Shown here one piece after another: positions 15,364 through 28,961 of a stretch of DNA of 64,000 bases. How positions within the stretch are numbered: the first letter of the stretch is position 1; every line of letters starts with the position of its first letter. The stretch is taken from positions 75,454,001 to 75,518,000 of the forward strand of contig OX597821.1 of the NCBI GenBank assembly GCA_951406725.2, in the 5' to 3' direction. Source of the DNA: Octopus vulgaris. Its lineage: Eukaryota. A program made the translations under genes and the position numbers. The notes under the pieces were generated by a model that worked only from the letters and a program-made list of their open reading frames with translations, searched no databases and was not told the origin of the DNA.

Positions 15364-15612
15364 ATAAAGAAACGCAAGCTCATGTGGCTTGGGCATGTCA
15401 CTCGCTCATCAGGGATGGCCAAAACAATCCTTCAGGAAACAATCGAATGTGGTAGATGCAGAAGCAGGCAGAGAAAGAAGTGGGAAAATAAACATGTGAA
15501 TGGACATGCCTAAAGATGAGAGACGCAGTGTGAGGGACAAATGACAGAGACAGGTGGAGGGATCTAGTCGCAAAGTCATCAGTGGTGCCCCCAACGGTCA
15601 ACCAGACTACTA
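15364..15612 (+). pseudogene. RTE-clade LINE 3' end
   Basis: IKKRKLMWLGHVTRSSGMAKTILQETIECGRCRSRQRKKW...DRDRWRDLVAKSSVVP, the classic RTE C-terminus. Confidence 0.85.
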
Positions 15613-15682
15613 ATATGGAAATTATAAAATAATTTGCATTAAAGTACGAATGGTTTTAGCGGTCTAAGGTATTGTGTAGTAT

Positions 15683-15916
15683 ATATTTCTTTACTACCCA
15701 CAAGGGGATAAACACAGAGGGGACAAACAAGGACAAACAAACGGATTAAGTCAATTATATTGACGCCAGTGCGCAACTGGTACTTAATTTATCGACCCCG
15801 AAAGGATGAAAGGCAAAGTCGACCTCGGCGGAATTTGAACCCAGGACGTAACGGCAGACGAAATACGGCTACGCATTTCTCCCGGCGTGGTAACGTTTCT
15901 GCCAGCTCACCGCCTT
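15683..15916 (-). mobile_element. Full-length Meta-core tRNA SINE with TSD
   Basis: Complete head, core and tail; flanked by the direct repeat ttgtgtagtata (15672, 15923). Confidence 0.88.
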
Positions 15917-16211
15917 CAATTGTTGTGTAGTATAGACATGATGGCAAATCTGATAGTATTTAACTACATTTCATCGTCTGCCATCTTTTACATTCTCCAT
16001 TCAAAGTCTTAAAATAACTAGTAATCTACGGAGGTTGATACTATACAGCTTAATTTAACTTTCTTATGATCATGGCCAATGCATTTCTGCTATGAGTAAT
16101 TTAATAAATTTTAGTTCATAAAACTTTTTATTTATATTAGAGAATATCTTATTTTATTTCGTTTTTGGATTTGGTTTGCAAGATTCTTTATATGAGTTTG
16201 TGTGTTGAAAC

Positions 16212-16487
16212 ATATTATGTTGTGTCTGGGGAGAGTCATATTTTCTTTTTGTGCCTTATAATGCAACACATTCACCGCTAAAATTTCCACTTGTTTCTTT
16301 TTTTTTTTCCTAAAATTTTCGTTGCGTCTTGCAACCTTTTCAATAGTTTTGACTCTCAGAAAAGGTTGCAAGACGCAACGAAAATTGTAGGAAAATAGAT
16401 ATACGAAATAAGTGGAATTTTCGCGGTGAGTGTGTTACATTATAAGATACAAAAAGAAAATGACTCTCCACAGACAAAACAGAATAT
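16212..16487. repeat. Imperfect palindrome (about 130-bp arms, 17-bp spacer)
   Basis: 16314-16341 is the exact reverse complement of 16359-16386; the outer arms align with mismatches. Confidence 0.85.
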
Positions 16488-17066
16488 TTTATTTTAGTTT
16501 TCTTTCTATTCTGAATGCTAGAATAATGTTTGTTTAGGAAAGTACTGGTGCGATGATAAAAATCTATGTAACATATCACGTCACATGTAGGATTCCGATA
16601 GTATTAGCTTTACATGCAGCATTGTCATGAAAACACTACATGTAGTGTTCGTAAATAGCTATAAGTTATACTTCTCTCTGTGAACACACAGAAGCGAGTG
16701 CGTACTTTCTGAAAAGATCCTAATTCCAGTTCAAAGTAGATGAAACGAGTCTTTATTTTCTATCTACAGAAGGATTGATGAAGACGTTTCTTTCACCAAA
16801 GCGACTGCAGAATACTTCTACATTCTCTACAATACATTTAAACAAACACCTCGATATGTCGAACACACGCTGTTTAGTGATTAATAATTAAATAAATGAT
16901 ATGGTTTTATTAGCGCTACAAAAATCTTCACTTGACCAAAGATTTGGTTTAGATTAAAGCAACAGATCCAATACGTTAATTAGGATTACTCGCCATTTTG
17001 TAGGGTTGGTAACTTTACACATACACGCACTCACACACACACACATACACAAATGTATATGTATAC

Positions 17067-17109
<43 letters not shown>

Positions 17110-18147
17110 CGTGTGAGTGTGTGTGTGCGTGTGTGTGTGTTTATGTGTATGTATGTATATGTGCATGTATTGTCCAATGAATGGATTTTATGGAAATATG
17201 GAAACACCATATGTTTTTTCATTCATAGGGGCAAAAGCCTCCTAAAATAAGGAAAAAGGAACAAACAAAAGATAGTATACAAGTCTTGAAACCGTTCTCT
17301 CCTCTTCAGGAGAATTTTCACCCTCCCTACCAACTTACAGCCTTCTCCCCCCCTCTCTCTCAGTCTCCTTCCCACTCTGTAAGAAACAATAAGCAACAGT
17401 TCTGTTAGAAGTGCTAGGCAGTGACGTATGCAAATGAAAACTTGGTACCAGTTCGAATGTGCTTGGAACACATCCGAAACCGTAAGAATGCCATTGCATG
17501 TATTTTTGTCATGGAGAAAATTTCTCATTACAGACAGAAATATGTCAACACGCTGGATCAGCTAGAAAGCCCCCGCCACCATCGTATCCAGATGGATGCA
17601 TACATTTTGACTTAAAAAATGAGAGTGAAATGACAGTATGACCTTAAAATAATCACCCGATGAAACACATCTTTATGAATTGATAATGATTACACAATAC
17701 GTTAATTATAACATCTCACCAATTTACAATTAGTGTAGAAATTTGTCGAAACAATTGTAGTGATTTTAACAAAGAATGACGTTCGATCCATTTTCTAAGG
17801 TATTCTGCCCGACAAAATTTTCACATATATAAACATGTTGCTTTTGTAGTATTTTCTCCTTTGGAATATGCAGAAGCTGTGATGAAATTAAGCAACTGTT
17901 AGGAATTTGTTATGTATTTGTATTAAATTTTATATGTTTGCGTGCATTGTGCGAGCTATATTTTCGGAGACTTCGAGTTAAACGAGCAACTCTAAGAAGC
18001 GACAGCCTCAATAACTGACTTTTCAAAACTATACTTTACAACACTGCACTGAATACTCTTCTCTCGTTTGTGAAGTTAGAAACAAATATATAGCTACATA
18101 CATACATACATGCATACATGCATACATACATACATACATATATGTGA

Positions 18148-18186
<39 letters not shown>

Positions 18187-19702
18187 TGTGTGTGTGTGTG
18201 TATGTGTGTGTGTATGTGGATTCGTGTGTGTCAGTGTGTTCTTGTGACGCTATTTAGTAAATATTCGCTACTGGATTGTTAATAACTAAAACTATACCCC
18301 ACGAAACATATTTTAATAAATAATTGACCCCATATAACACCATTCACCTCACCCACCACCACAACCCCACCACCACCACCACAACCATAACCACCGCCAG
18401 ACACAAGCACTGTATTTTATCGTGTAGATCGAAAGTCAGACGGATATATGTCCGGTCGAATAAATGTAAAGTTGCCGCCACAATAGAAATTGATTAACAA
18501 TTTTGGTGAGAAATCCATATATATGCATTGATTTATTCTGATTAATGATCTTTCTTTATTTCTGTTTTTCCTTCTTGTTTTATTCTATATAAAGGTTAGC
18601 TTTTCTCTCTTAAACTATTCAATTGTTCCTTCTGAGAGAAGTTAACTAATCCATTCATGTGTTTTTGATTCATTTTTCCTTTCTTTATCTTGAAACCACA
18701 AAGGGCAAGCAGAAAGAAAGAAAGCTTTGAATAGCGTCTGATAAATATTCTGTGGTCACTCCTAAAAAAAAATAAATAAATAATAATAATAATAATTAAA
18801 ATAAAATAAAAGTAAGTAAACAAGCAAGCATTTATATTTGTTTTGTGTTTTTGTGGTGAGTTTTGTGTATTCTTTTTTTTATGACAGAAAAAGCTTTGAC
18901 TAATATAAAACATATATAAATTTTCCCTAATGGATTCTAGTCGATAATTTACATATTTTAAGCTGCAGCTGAGTAATTTTAACTTTGTTTAGAAGGCAAA
19001 GTCACTTAAATATATTTTATCGTGGGATAACAAAAAATAAATAAATAAATAACATCTTCATAATGAAATATCGTGTAGAAAATAAGGGGAAAAATTAAAT
19101 TCAAACTAAAAGGCGATTCAAAGTCTGGGAAAAAGAGAAAATCTTTTAGATGTTTCGTTTATAAACTCTCTCCACTGCAAAGTTCTTGATTCAATCTACA
19201 GTTCTCTACTGTGGACAAGTCTCAGTTTATATATATATATATGTATGTATATGTTTATATATATTTGAGTAGAAAAATGAAATATCTTTTTTTGGATAAT
19301 TCGTTTAACCGATACCTGGGTAGCAAATTCACATCAGAAATAACACGGTTGAAGTTACGTGCCTAGGGCAGAGACTACGTGTTTTCGTGTGGAAATGTGT
19401 GTGTATTTTTATAAAATTTATGAATAAATGAAAGAATGGAGTTGAACGACAAATTAACAAATTTCCTTTATTTTCGACATATGTTTCGAAGGCTGCATAT
19501 TCCTAATTGTGAAGGAATAAGGAGTACATTATGCCGCTTTCTCATCAGGAAAAACAAGGAATTTATGTCAACATCAAGATTCACAAAAACTTTTAGATGA
19601 CTGCTCTCACGGAGCGCATAGCGATAATAAGTGTCTCTTTAATATTCCTTTATAAGGAGTGACGTCAAACTGGTTGAATGTAGAAAATTCTAGAAGGTTC
19701 TA

Positions 19703-19948
19703 AAACAACACAGCACGGGATTAAGCAAACTAATTTGGCGTCTGAAAGACAGCAATTCAACCTTCAAGCTGGAATGGTCCATTTTGTCGGTATCCGTTCC
19801 GTTTGATAAGGGCAGAAAAATTTGTGGCGTCTGTAATTCTGAATTTTTTCATATATTATACGCCAAAGTACCTTTAATAAATTCAATCGTCGAGAGGTCC
19901 TACAGGTGCTTGCACTGGAGAAAACACACCTTTCACTCATATGAATAA
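19703..19948 (+). pseudogene. PLE GIY-YIG endonuclease C-terminal fragment
   Basis: KQHSTGLSKLIWRLKDSNSTFKLEWSILSVSVPFDKGRKICGVCNSEFFHILY..LINSIVERSYRCLHWRKH* fits the T.LSK.IW.LK..W.I..C..C..E..I..N..E..C.H pattern. Confidence 0.8.
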
Positions 19949-20521
19949 TGACTAATATAGATAAGCCCCTTGAATTTTAATTAATACATTTCCATTTATA
20001 TATTTCACCCCTTTAGTTTAAAAAAAAAATGTTTATGCTTTCAAAGACATACTACCCAATCCATTGAGGTTTGTTTTGCCTTTGTCCCAATACCTCGCCC
20101 TCCTCTTTCTTTCTTTTCTCTCTCTTTCCCTCTATCTATAGTAATCAAGCACACAGACACATATCTGCTACAACTATTTGGTTTTTTGACATCTACCCAT
20201 CCACATACACATTCACACACACACACACACATAGGTATTAATACAGTTATATTCATTCACCCACACAGACATTCATTCACAAAAGAATGTAACAAAACCC
20301 ACCATACATACGACCTGTTCCAAATCACCTTACTTTTCTTAGGCCTCTCTCCCCCTACTTCGTTTGAACTATTGCACCTTTAGAACCTTCTAGAATTTTC
20401 TACATTCAACCAGTTTGACGTCACTCCTTATAAAGGAATATTAAAGAGACACTCATTATCGCTATGCGCTCCGTGAGAGCAGTCATCTAAAAGTTTTTGT
20501 GAATCTTGATGTTGACATAAA

Positions 20522-20620
20522 TTCCTTGTTTTTCCTGACGAGAAAGCGGCATAATGTACTCCTTATTCCTTCACAATTAGGAATATGCAGCCTTCGAAAC
20601 ATATGTCGAAAATAAAGGAA
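20522..20620 (+). ncRNA. Type I hammerhead ribozyme with long stem II (mirror copy on - strand at about 19463-19561)
   Basis: ttttc CTGACGA gaaagcggcata..tatgcagccttc GAAA c atat GTC gaaaa; stems I, II and III all pair. Confidence 0.8.
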
Positions 20621-20779
20621 ATTTGTTAATTTGTCGTTCAACTCCATTCTTTCATTTATTCATAAATTTTATAAAAATATATGTTTATATATATATATGT
20701 ATATGTATATGTTTATATATATATATATGTATATATATGTATATATATGTATATACGTATACATATATATATGTATGTA

Positions 20780-20837
<58 letters not shown>

Positions 20838-20840
<3 letters not shown>

Positions 20841-21020
20841 CAGAGAGAGAGAGAGATACAGATATACAAGTTAATAATGAACGATGAAAATGAGTGTTCA
20901 ACATTGCTTTGTGGATAAAATTTCTTGATTTAAGAGTTAAGGCTACCATTCGTTTCCTGTTTAGTGAGAAATCCCTTTACAATTATCAAGCCTGTCACAT
21001 AGAACATCAATGTTTCTTTC

Positions 21021-21083
<63 letters not shown>

Positions 21084-21453
21084 ACATACATACATACGTA
21101 TACACACAGCTATATTTATAATTTTCTTCGAGTCCCTCAACATGCCATTTGGTATATATATTTATAACTATATACATACAGGCATGTATGTGCGCGTGTG
21201 TGTGTACTAGGAGCGTAGGAAAAAGTCTTCAGCCTTAAAAAAACAAAAAACAAAAAACACGATACTTCTGATGAAGGTACAAGACTTCAAGGCTCAAAGG
21301 CCTTGAAGGCTCAAAATTTTCATAAACCCCTCGTATGTATGTATGTATGTATGTATGTATGTATGTATGTATGTATGTATGTATGTATGTATGTATGTAT
21401 GTATGCGCAACATGTAACTTACAGATAGTTGTGAAGTCGAAATTAACAAAACT

Positions 21454-21513
<60 letters not shown>

Positions 21514-21689
21514 GAAAGAAACATTGATGTTCTAAGTGACAGGCCTGATAATTGTTAAGGGATTTCTCACTAAACAGGAAACGAATGGTAGCCTTAACTC
21601 TTAAATCAAGAAATTTTATCCACAAAGCACTGTTGAACACTCATTTTCATCGTTCATTATTAACTTGTATATCTGTATCTCTCTCTCTG

Positions 21690-21692
<3 letters not shown>
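20838..21692. repeat. Inverted repeat, about 185-bp arms each bracketed by (TA)n
   Basis: 20838-21024 vs 21510-21692 differ by 4 substitutions plus (GA)n length. Confidence 0.92.
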
Positions 21693-21741
<49 letters not shown>

Positions 21742-21764
21742 CACACACACATATATATACATAT

Positions 21765-21968
21765 AGAGTTAATCCAAACAAGAAAAACACAGAAAAAAAG
21801 AGAAAAAACCACAGCAACGCAGGACGTATTATTGACGCTCAGAAAAGAAGGGAATGAGGGTTTAACGTTTCAAGCGGAGCTCTTCGTCGGAAACAAGGAG
21901 AAGGAAAGATCCCAAGGAGGGAAGACAGAGGAGAAAATATTTGAGGTGGTGGTGCTCAAGAGATCACA
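21765..21968 (-). mobile_element. PLE-derived HHR mini-element, family A
   Basis: Minus strand: gttt CCGACGA a gagc tcc gctt GAAA cgtt aaac; ends ...ttggattaactc next to a TA tract. Confidence 0.75.
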
Positions 21969-21971
21969 TAC

Positions 21972-22045
<74 letters not shown>

Positions 22046-22096
22046 ATATACATATACATATATATATATAAACATAAACATACACACATATATATA

Positions 22097-22146
<50 letters not shown>

Positions 22147-22584
22147 TGTATGCAGTTATGCTTGGTGATGGTCGTATTGTATCAATTATTTATAGTTATG
22201 TTTGTATTTATATACATTCTTACGAAAAATAAATCCTTACATATTTGCATATATAAGTAAAGGACCTACATATTATTTCAGTATTAGGCAAATATCAATC
22301 TTTTCTTCTCTTTTAATGTCTCTGTTTCCTGTTCTCAGTCCCCTGGTCTCAGCCTCCGAGGTCACCCATTTTACAACGCCCCGTTTCTCCGTCTCCTCTT
22401 CATTTATCTTTCCCCCACTCTATCGCCTTGTTATTTCTATCAAAGATTTCCCCTTGATTTTTACTAAAGTTATTTCTATGTTTATCCAACTTCCTATCTT
22501 TCTTTTGTATCAGTAATATGTATGGTATCTAAGGTATGGTATCTACCCTTTAATGCTCTTCGGGTTGATAGTGAGCATCCTATA

Positions 22585-22749
22585 GGCGTATGAGTGACTG
22601 TGTGGTAAGTAGCTTGCTTACCAACCACATAGTTCCGGGTTCAGTCCCACTGCGTGGCACCTTGGGCAAGTGTCTTCTACTATAGCCTCGGGCCTATGAA
22701 AGCCTTGTGAGTGGATTTGGTAGACGGAAACTGAAAGAAGCCCGTCGTA

Positions 22750-22836
<87 letters not shown>

Positions 22837-23048
22837 AAGTTTGTGTGTCTGTGTTTGTCCCCCCAACATCGCTTGACAACCGATGCAGGTGTGTTTACGT
22901 TCCCGTAACATAGCGGTTCGGCAAAACAGACCGATATAATAAGTACTAGGCTTACAAAAATAAGTCCTGGGGTCGATTTGCTCGACTAAAGGCGGTGCTC
23001 CAGCATACCCACAGTCACATGACTGAAACAAGTAAAAGAGTAAAGAGT
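22585..23048 (+). mobile_element. Full-length CORE-like tRNA SINE
   Basis: Same family as 12121; probable TSD gag(c/t)atccta. Confidence 0.85.
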
Positions 23049-24784
23049 ATCCTAAACATTTTCACCGCTCCTCTGAATTCTATTCTATTCTATTCTTTCT
23101 TAACACGCAGTACATACAATTCGTTCTCTTACTTTATTCTCTATTCCTCGAAACGCTGCTAATAAATTCTCTAATCATTGCTAATCACTAAATAGAATCC
23201 TTTTTGCTTTTTGTTTTTTACCATTTTTGCATTCCCCCCCCCCTGCGTAATTTCGCCTTCCTTGTCTGGTTTTGCTTTTTGCAGCTTCGTTCTGATTCAC
23301 TTTCTTCCCATTACTGTTAGCTTAGCTCTGTTTTTCTTATCCGTCATTTTCACGTCACAAAATTCACTTAGGGGCTGAACACTTGAACAGAAAATTATAT
23401 TTGTGTCCATAGGGCGAAAATTGGCGGTTCGAATCGTTCAATGCAGACTACTTTATCTCAGCAAATTTATTTTTAGTAATTGTCACTCGGCCTGGGTGAG
23501 TCACGGGGGTTGCAAAAGGAGAAGTGATATAGCAATCTGCGTAAAATGGGCAGCCCATTTCAGCAGTGAGGCAAACTCGCAGTAAATTGCTCTGTATAGC
23601 CGCATAAGAGAACCAATTGCCTTTCGAGTCGGGGGTCTCGGTATGCCACAGGCGAACATTCTCTGGACAACAATTGCAGACAAACACAACACGGTCCTGA
23701 TACATTTTCTCTGCAACAGACGAGCAGTTAATGACTAACATCAAACCTCGCGGGACTGACTGTCCGATTCTTTTAAACAGGGAATTGTTTTCTTTTTTAT
23801 TGTATTTTCTTACTGAGTAGGTATAAACTCATGTCGCACATTGTTATCAATATATTTCTTATTTTCATTATCTTATTTGTAATGTTTTTTATTTTCTCCT
23901 CAGAAGTTTTTGCTCAAAAATACAACAAAAAAGATGATAATATTCGAAGTTGGAGGAAGAAATGTTGAGAAAAAAGGATAATAAATAAATTGGAATTATT
24001 TTACTATACACTTGTGGATGCATTTTTATTCACTCGCCAACATTAATTGAACAATGTCCCTGTAGTCTCTCTAGAATTCTTAAATCTTTCTCTGCATATG
24101 AGAAATATTACTTCAAAAGAAAAAACATTGAAAGTAAAAAGAATAATTTTATATGGCAATTCATTAAAAAATGATTTCAGGTTTGATTAAATTTTATTGC
24201 TTCATATAAAGTTAAATTGCTCTGTGACACATAAAAGCACTGATATTTGCACACATCGGTTTCTCTCTATAAAGACGAAAGTGAAACTAGTTGGCGGACA
24301 CCTGGTTTCAAAATGAACGCCTTTGAATTTATGCGTGGGAGCAACACAGTCAGCTTTAAAAATCATTGCGTTCTTATTTTCTGGATACAAATAGATACAA
24401 ATAATATAATATAGGGTTTTACTTATTCATTCTCGGACATTATACCTGGAGTATTTTAAATTGCGTTTTTGATTTTTCTTATTTATCGAAGCAAAACGAT
24501 AAACAAAAATATGCCATGAAATATATATATATATATATATTCGTAGATAACAGATATGCAGATGGAAATGTCTAGAGCTGTGGCCAGATAAGAACTAGAC
24601 ATAAAGATATCTATGCACAGATATAAAAATCACCATAAATATAAATGTATGAACACAAGTTCTCGTACAAATGCATATATGTGTGTGCGCTGTGCACGTG
24701 CATGCTTGTGTGCAAGTGTATGTATAAATATGTCTGTCTGTCTCTCTCTTTCTCTATGTGTGTGTGTGTGTATGTATTTATGTG

Positions 24785-25005
24785 TGTGAGTCTCTGTGTC
24801 TGTGTTTGTTCCACACCTACCACTTGACAACTGAATTGGTATGTTTACGTCCCCGTAACTTAGCAATTCGGCAAAACTGACTGATAGAATAACTAAAAGG
24901 CTTACAAAAAGAAAGACCTGGGGTTGATTTCTTCGACTAAACCTTTTAAGGCGATGCTCCAGCATGGCTGCAGTTAATTGATTGAAACAAGTAAAAGAAT
25001 AAAAC
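24785..25005 (+). mobile_element. 3' half of CORE-like SINE
   Basis: tgtttacgtccccgtaacttagc...tgctccagcatggctgcag...gaaacaagtaaaaga. Confidence 0.7.
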
Positions 25006-25790
25006 AACAAACAGGCATGTGTGTGTGTGTGTGTGAGTGTGTATGTGTGTGTGTGTATGCGTGTTTGTATGTGTGTGTTTGTCTGTGTGTGTTTGTGTGT
25101 GTATGTATATGTATATATGTTTCAGAGAAGATATAACAATAATTTTCCTCAAATACGTCTAAGAGAGACTTAATTACGTCCAAGAGAGATGTCTAAGAGA
25201 GATGTCAAAAAGAGATGTCTAAGAAAGATGTAATTAAATACTTTCGAATCCAATTTGTTTCACAGTTTTGTTTTTTCTGTCTATGTATCTGATATCTTTT
25301 TAATGCTAGAGATGTGGAAGCAAACATGGACTCTAAAGAACATGTTCCCGGTACAGATAACTCCTTTCATGTTTAAGGCTACACATGGAGTTCCAAATAC
25401 TTCTTATATGTCACGAGGGGACAAACAAGGACGGACAAATGGATTAAGTCGATTACATCGACCCCAGTCCGTAACTGGTACTTTCGGGGTCGATAAATTA
25501 AGTACCAGTTGCGTACGGGAGTCGATCTAATCGACTGGCACCCTTCCCCAAAATTTCGGATCTTGTGTCTAGAGAAGAGAATAATATTCCGTAGAAAGTA
25601 TATAATATATACATATATACATACGGACCCTGAAAATATATATATATATATATAAATGGAATAAAAACGCAATAGAACATTAAAACATTCGGACAGATAG
25701 ACAACAATGGCAGACAAGAGAAACAATAATTAGAAGGACAGGCAAAAGAAGAAAAAAAGACGGGTCATTCTTGGCTATATATATATATAT

Positions 25791-25927
25791 AACTTTCTCT
25801 CACTCTTTCTTCTGTTGGCCTGCTCGCTTAGCCAGCGGGGTGGCGTCATTTGAAGGCTAAAACAATGCGAAGCGCATTGTGACCAGCGATGTGTAGCAAC
25901 ATCTGATAGCCTGGTCGGTGACGGTGA
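25791..25927 (+). mobile_element. 3' part of tRNA SINE (family of 46378) between TA tracts
   Basis: ggctaaaacaatgcgaagcgcattgtgaccagcgatgtgt matches the reverse complement of 46390-46480. Confidence 0.7.
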
Positions 25928-26098
25928 TATATATATAACGATTATTTGTCAACCTATTGCAGCAGTCCCGTTTTGGACAAATGCTACTGTTGTTTAGAGT
26001 AAGGAAACATCGTCTGCAGCTGGTTATACGACACACGATTTATGTCGATATATTTTCGAACAGGGGATCTTAGCACCACCACCCAGCACAAAGCAGTA

Positions 26099-26145
26099 TC
26101 TGTGGACCGTACGGTTTCAGGGTTACGTCCCCTCGTCAGCACAGA
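26099..26145 (-). ncRNA. Canonical type I hammerhead ribozyme
   Basis: tctgtg CTGACGA gggg acgtaa ccct GAAA cc gtac g GTC cacaga: 6-bp stem I, 4-bp stem II, palindromic stem III, GUC site. Confidence 0.85.
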
Positions 26146-26335
26146 ATAACTCTTTGGCTGAGGTGGCATTGGAAAATATATATAATTTTCTGAGTGGCAC
26201 ACAGTTACTGATCTAACAAATAGAAACATCATTGTTCCTAAATCTCTCAACAGGACTGCCACAATATGTAGGCAAATAATCGTTACTTTAATGTACTTCT
26301 ACTGAATATCGCCCGTTGAGAGATCTAGGAAAATA

Positions 26336-26450
<115 letters not shown>

Positions 26451-27292
26451 TATATGTACATATATATAGTACTGACAGAGACGTCTAAGTTTAGGCATTT
26501 CATCATCGGTAGGAATATACCTTTGATTATAGATGTGTGGGATCAGGTATATTGAATGCTGTTTCCTGAGAAAAATTGCAAGGTTATTGTTTGGGGTTAT
26601 CTCATCGGAGTTGACCTGACACAGCATCTACATGAACAACATAAGCAACAATAACAACAACAATATAAAGCAACGAAAAACAAAATCAGCGTCAACAACT
26701 ACAAAGTCAACAGCAATATCACGTCTACATATATTTAAAGTTAGCTTCTTATTCAAGTTCCTGGTGGTTGATTCTGTAGACTGCGGTATCAAAATCTGAG
26801 CTTATGAGGCAGATCCGCTTACTGTAACCGAGTGTAATTTTATGAAACTCGTACAACTTATCACATCCTGTTTTTCCAAACAGGCTCAAGAAAACGTAAT
26901 GTTTTCTGCTTCGTGATATCAACTGACTTTTATTATGTAAAAATTCCCCATCCATAAATGAGCAGAATAAACGACTTCCACATCAGCAATGTTACGTCTA
27001 CTCGCTTTTAGACTTTTAGCTATTTCAATCATTGGAGTGCGGCCATGCTAGCGCAGCACCTTGAAGGGTGTAGTCGAACAAATAACCCCAGTTTCTTTTT
27101 CTTTTGTTTTTTAAAACCTGGTAATTGCTGTATTGATCTTCTATGCTGAACCATTACGTTAGGGGACGTAAAGAAACCAACACTGATTGTCAGGCACTGG
27201 TGTGAGACAAGCACAAAGACGCACAGTAGCAGATCTTTCTCAAAATATACTTTATATATTGATCTGTGCAACTTGCTTAGCCCCACATTTTC

Positions 27293-27346
<54 letters not shown>

Positions 27347-27507
27347 ATATATACATATATATATAAATACTTTTTATGTATTTTGATTTCTCTGGGAGTC
27401 CCTTTTTAAAGTAGAAGAAATAGCTAAGATTTTTTGGCTGCTATTTCTAAACTTCGGTATGTGGTAAAGCAAATCTTTGCTGAACCCTAATTATTAAGTA
27501 TATATAA

Positions 27508-27581
<74 letters not shown>

Positions 27582-27594
27582 ATATATAAATACA

Positions 27595-27960
27595 CGTTTC
27601 AGTCGTTTTGATTGCGGCCATGTTGGAGTACCGCCTCTTAGTCGAAGAAATCGCCCTCTGGACTTATTCTTTGCGAGCGTGTACTTAATCTGTCGTTTTC
27701 TTTTGCCGAACCACTAAGCTACGGAGTCATAAACACACCAAGATAAGTTGTGAAGCCATGATGGAGGGACAAACACAGTCGCAAAGGCACAAATATATGC
27801 ATATATATATATACATATATATACATACCTGTCAAATCCACTGACAAATCTTTGCTCGGCTCAAGGTTATAGCAGAAAACACTTGCCCAAGATAACATAC
27901 AGTGGAACTGAATACGAAACCATTTGCTTGCGAAGCGAAGTTCTTACTAGACAGCCACAT
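27595..27960 (-). mobile_element. Diverged CORE-like SINE
   Basis: Collinear with 12121-12526. Confidence 0.7.
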
Positions 27961-28679
27961 TTGCCCCAAGATCCCAAAATTGGCATCAAGCTGATAACAA
28001 TTGAAGGCAGCTGCATCGGGCAATACTCACGAGTTTAGGTTGATATTTAATAGTAGACACAACCTCCAGAGGTTAACTTTACCGTCAGCCGGTCCAACAC
28101 AAGCACCTGGGCCAAGGCTGGGTTAAGACCCATATAGACCCTAATCATTTAACTGTTTTTGGTGCCCCACTATATATGTAATTCAAAATATCAATGTTTA
28201 AAAACCACGATGTTAATTCTTATTTTTCAAAAGGCAAAATGAAAGAAAACCAACAATAACATAGAAAAATAATGTTTGTTTTTGTAATTTATTCCAAGTT
28301 TGAAAATATCCGAGAAGTTTTCTCCAACTCTTTTTCAATTTCAAATTCTCTCATCGTCTCTTTAACTATGACACAATGCACACTTCAAAATTATATCTCC
28401 GAAGATATAAATCGCTTCGAATATTATTTTAGCAAATTTATACTTATTTATTTTGTGCCGTAAGTCATTTACCATTTCTGTGATGCCCCTCCCGCAAATC
28501 TACATTGTTACTGTTTAAAAAGGGAGGGCACACGGGACGTTAGAGCTTGATATGTAAAAGTCAAGGTGGTCATGGTCCGAATATTTGACAGGATCTTGAC
28601 AAGGATAAACCTCAACATTTTAACCATCTGCACTGCCATAGATGTCATCAGAAAGAACATAAAAAGTATCATCCCTATC

Positions 28680-28719
28680 ACCAGCATGGTGATGACGGCG
28701 GTGAGAATGATGCTGGTGA

Positions 28720-28753
<34 letters not shown>

Positions 28754-28916
28754 GGTGGTGATGATGATGTTGATAATGATGATGAAGATGATGATCGTAA
28801 GAACGAGTAACGCTACTGCTGCTGGGATGACAACAGCAAAGTTAGTAATGCTTGTAGAAATTAATAAGTGTGAATGAAGAAGTGTGTTCGTGCGCGCGCG
28901 CGTGTGTGTGTGTGAA

Positions 28917-28961
<45 letters not shown>

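Larger units (their letters stand above)
19404..20679 (+). mobile_element. 5'-truncated Penelope-like element with inverted copy of its 3' end
   Basis: Arms 19404-19704 and 20379-20679 are reverse complements (2 differences seen) enclosing a GIY-YIG C-terminus and 3' UTR; the arm contains an HHR. Confidence 0.88.

Noticed and set aside
17420-17615. Possible RTE LINE remnant (also 51100-51240, and a mariner-like trace at 26750-26870)
   Set aside because: Peptide resemblance is too weak without a profile search.
21268-21322. CTGATGAAGG in the inverted-repeat spacer
   Set aside because: GAAA is absent (reads ctcaaaa); at most a decayed relic.
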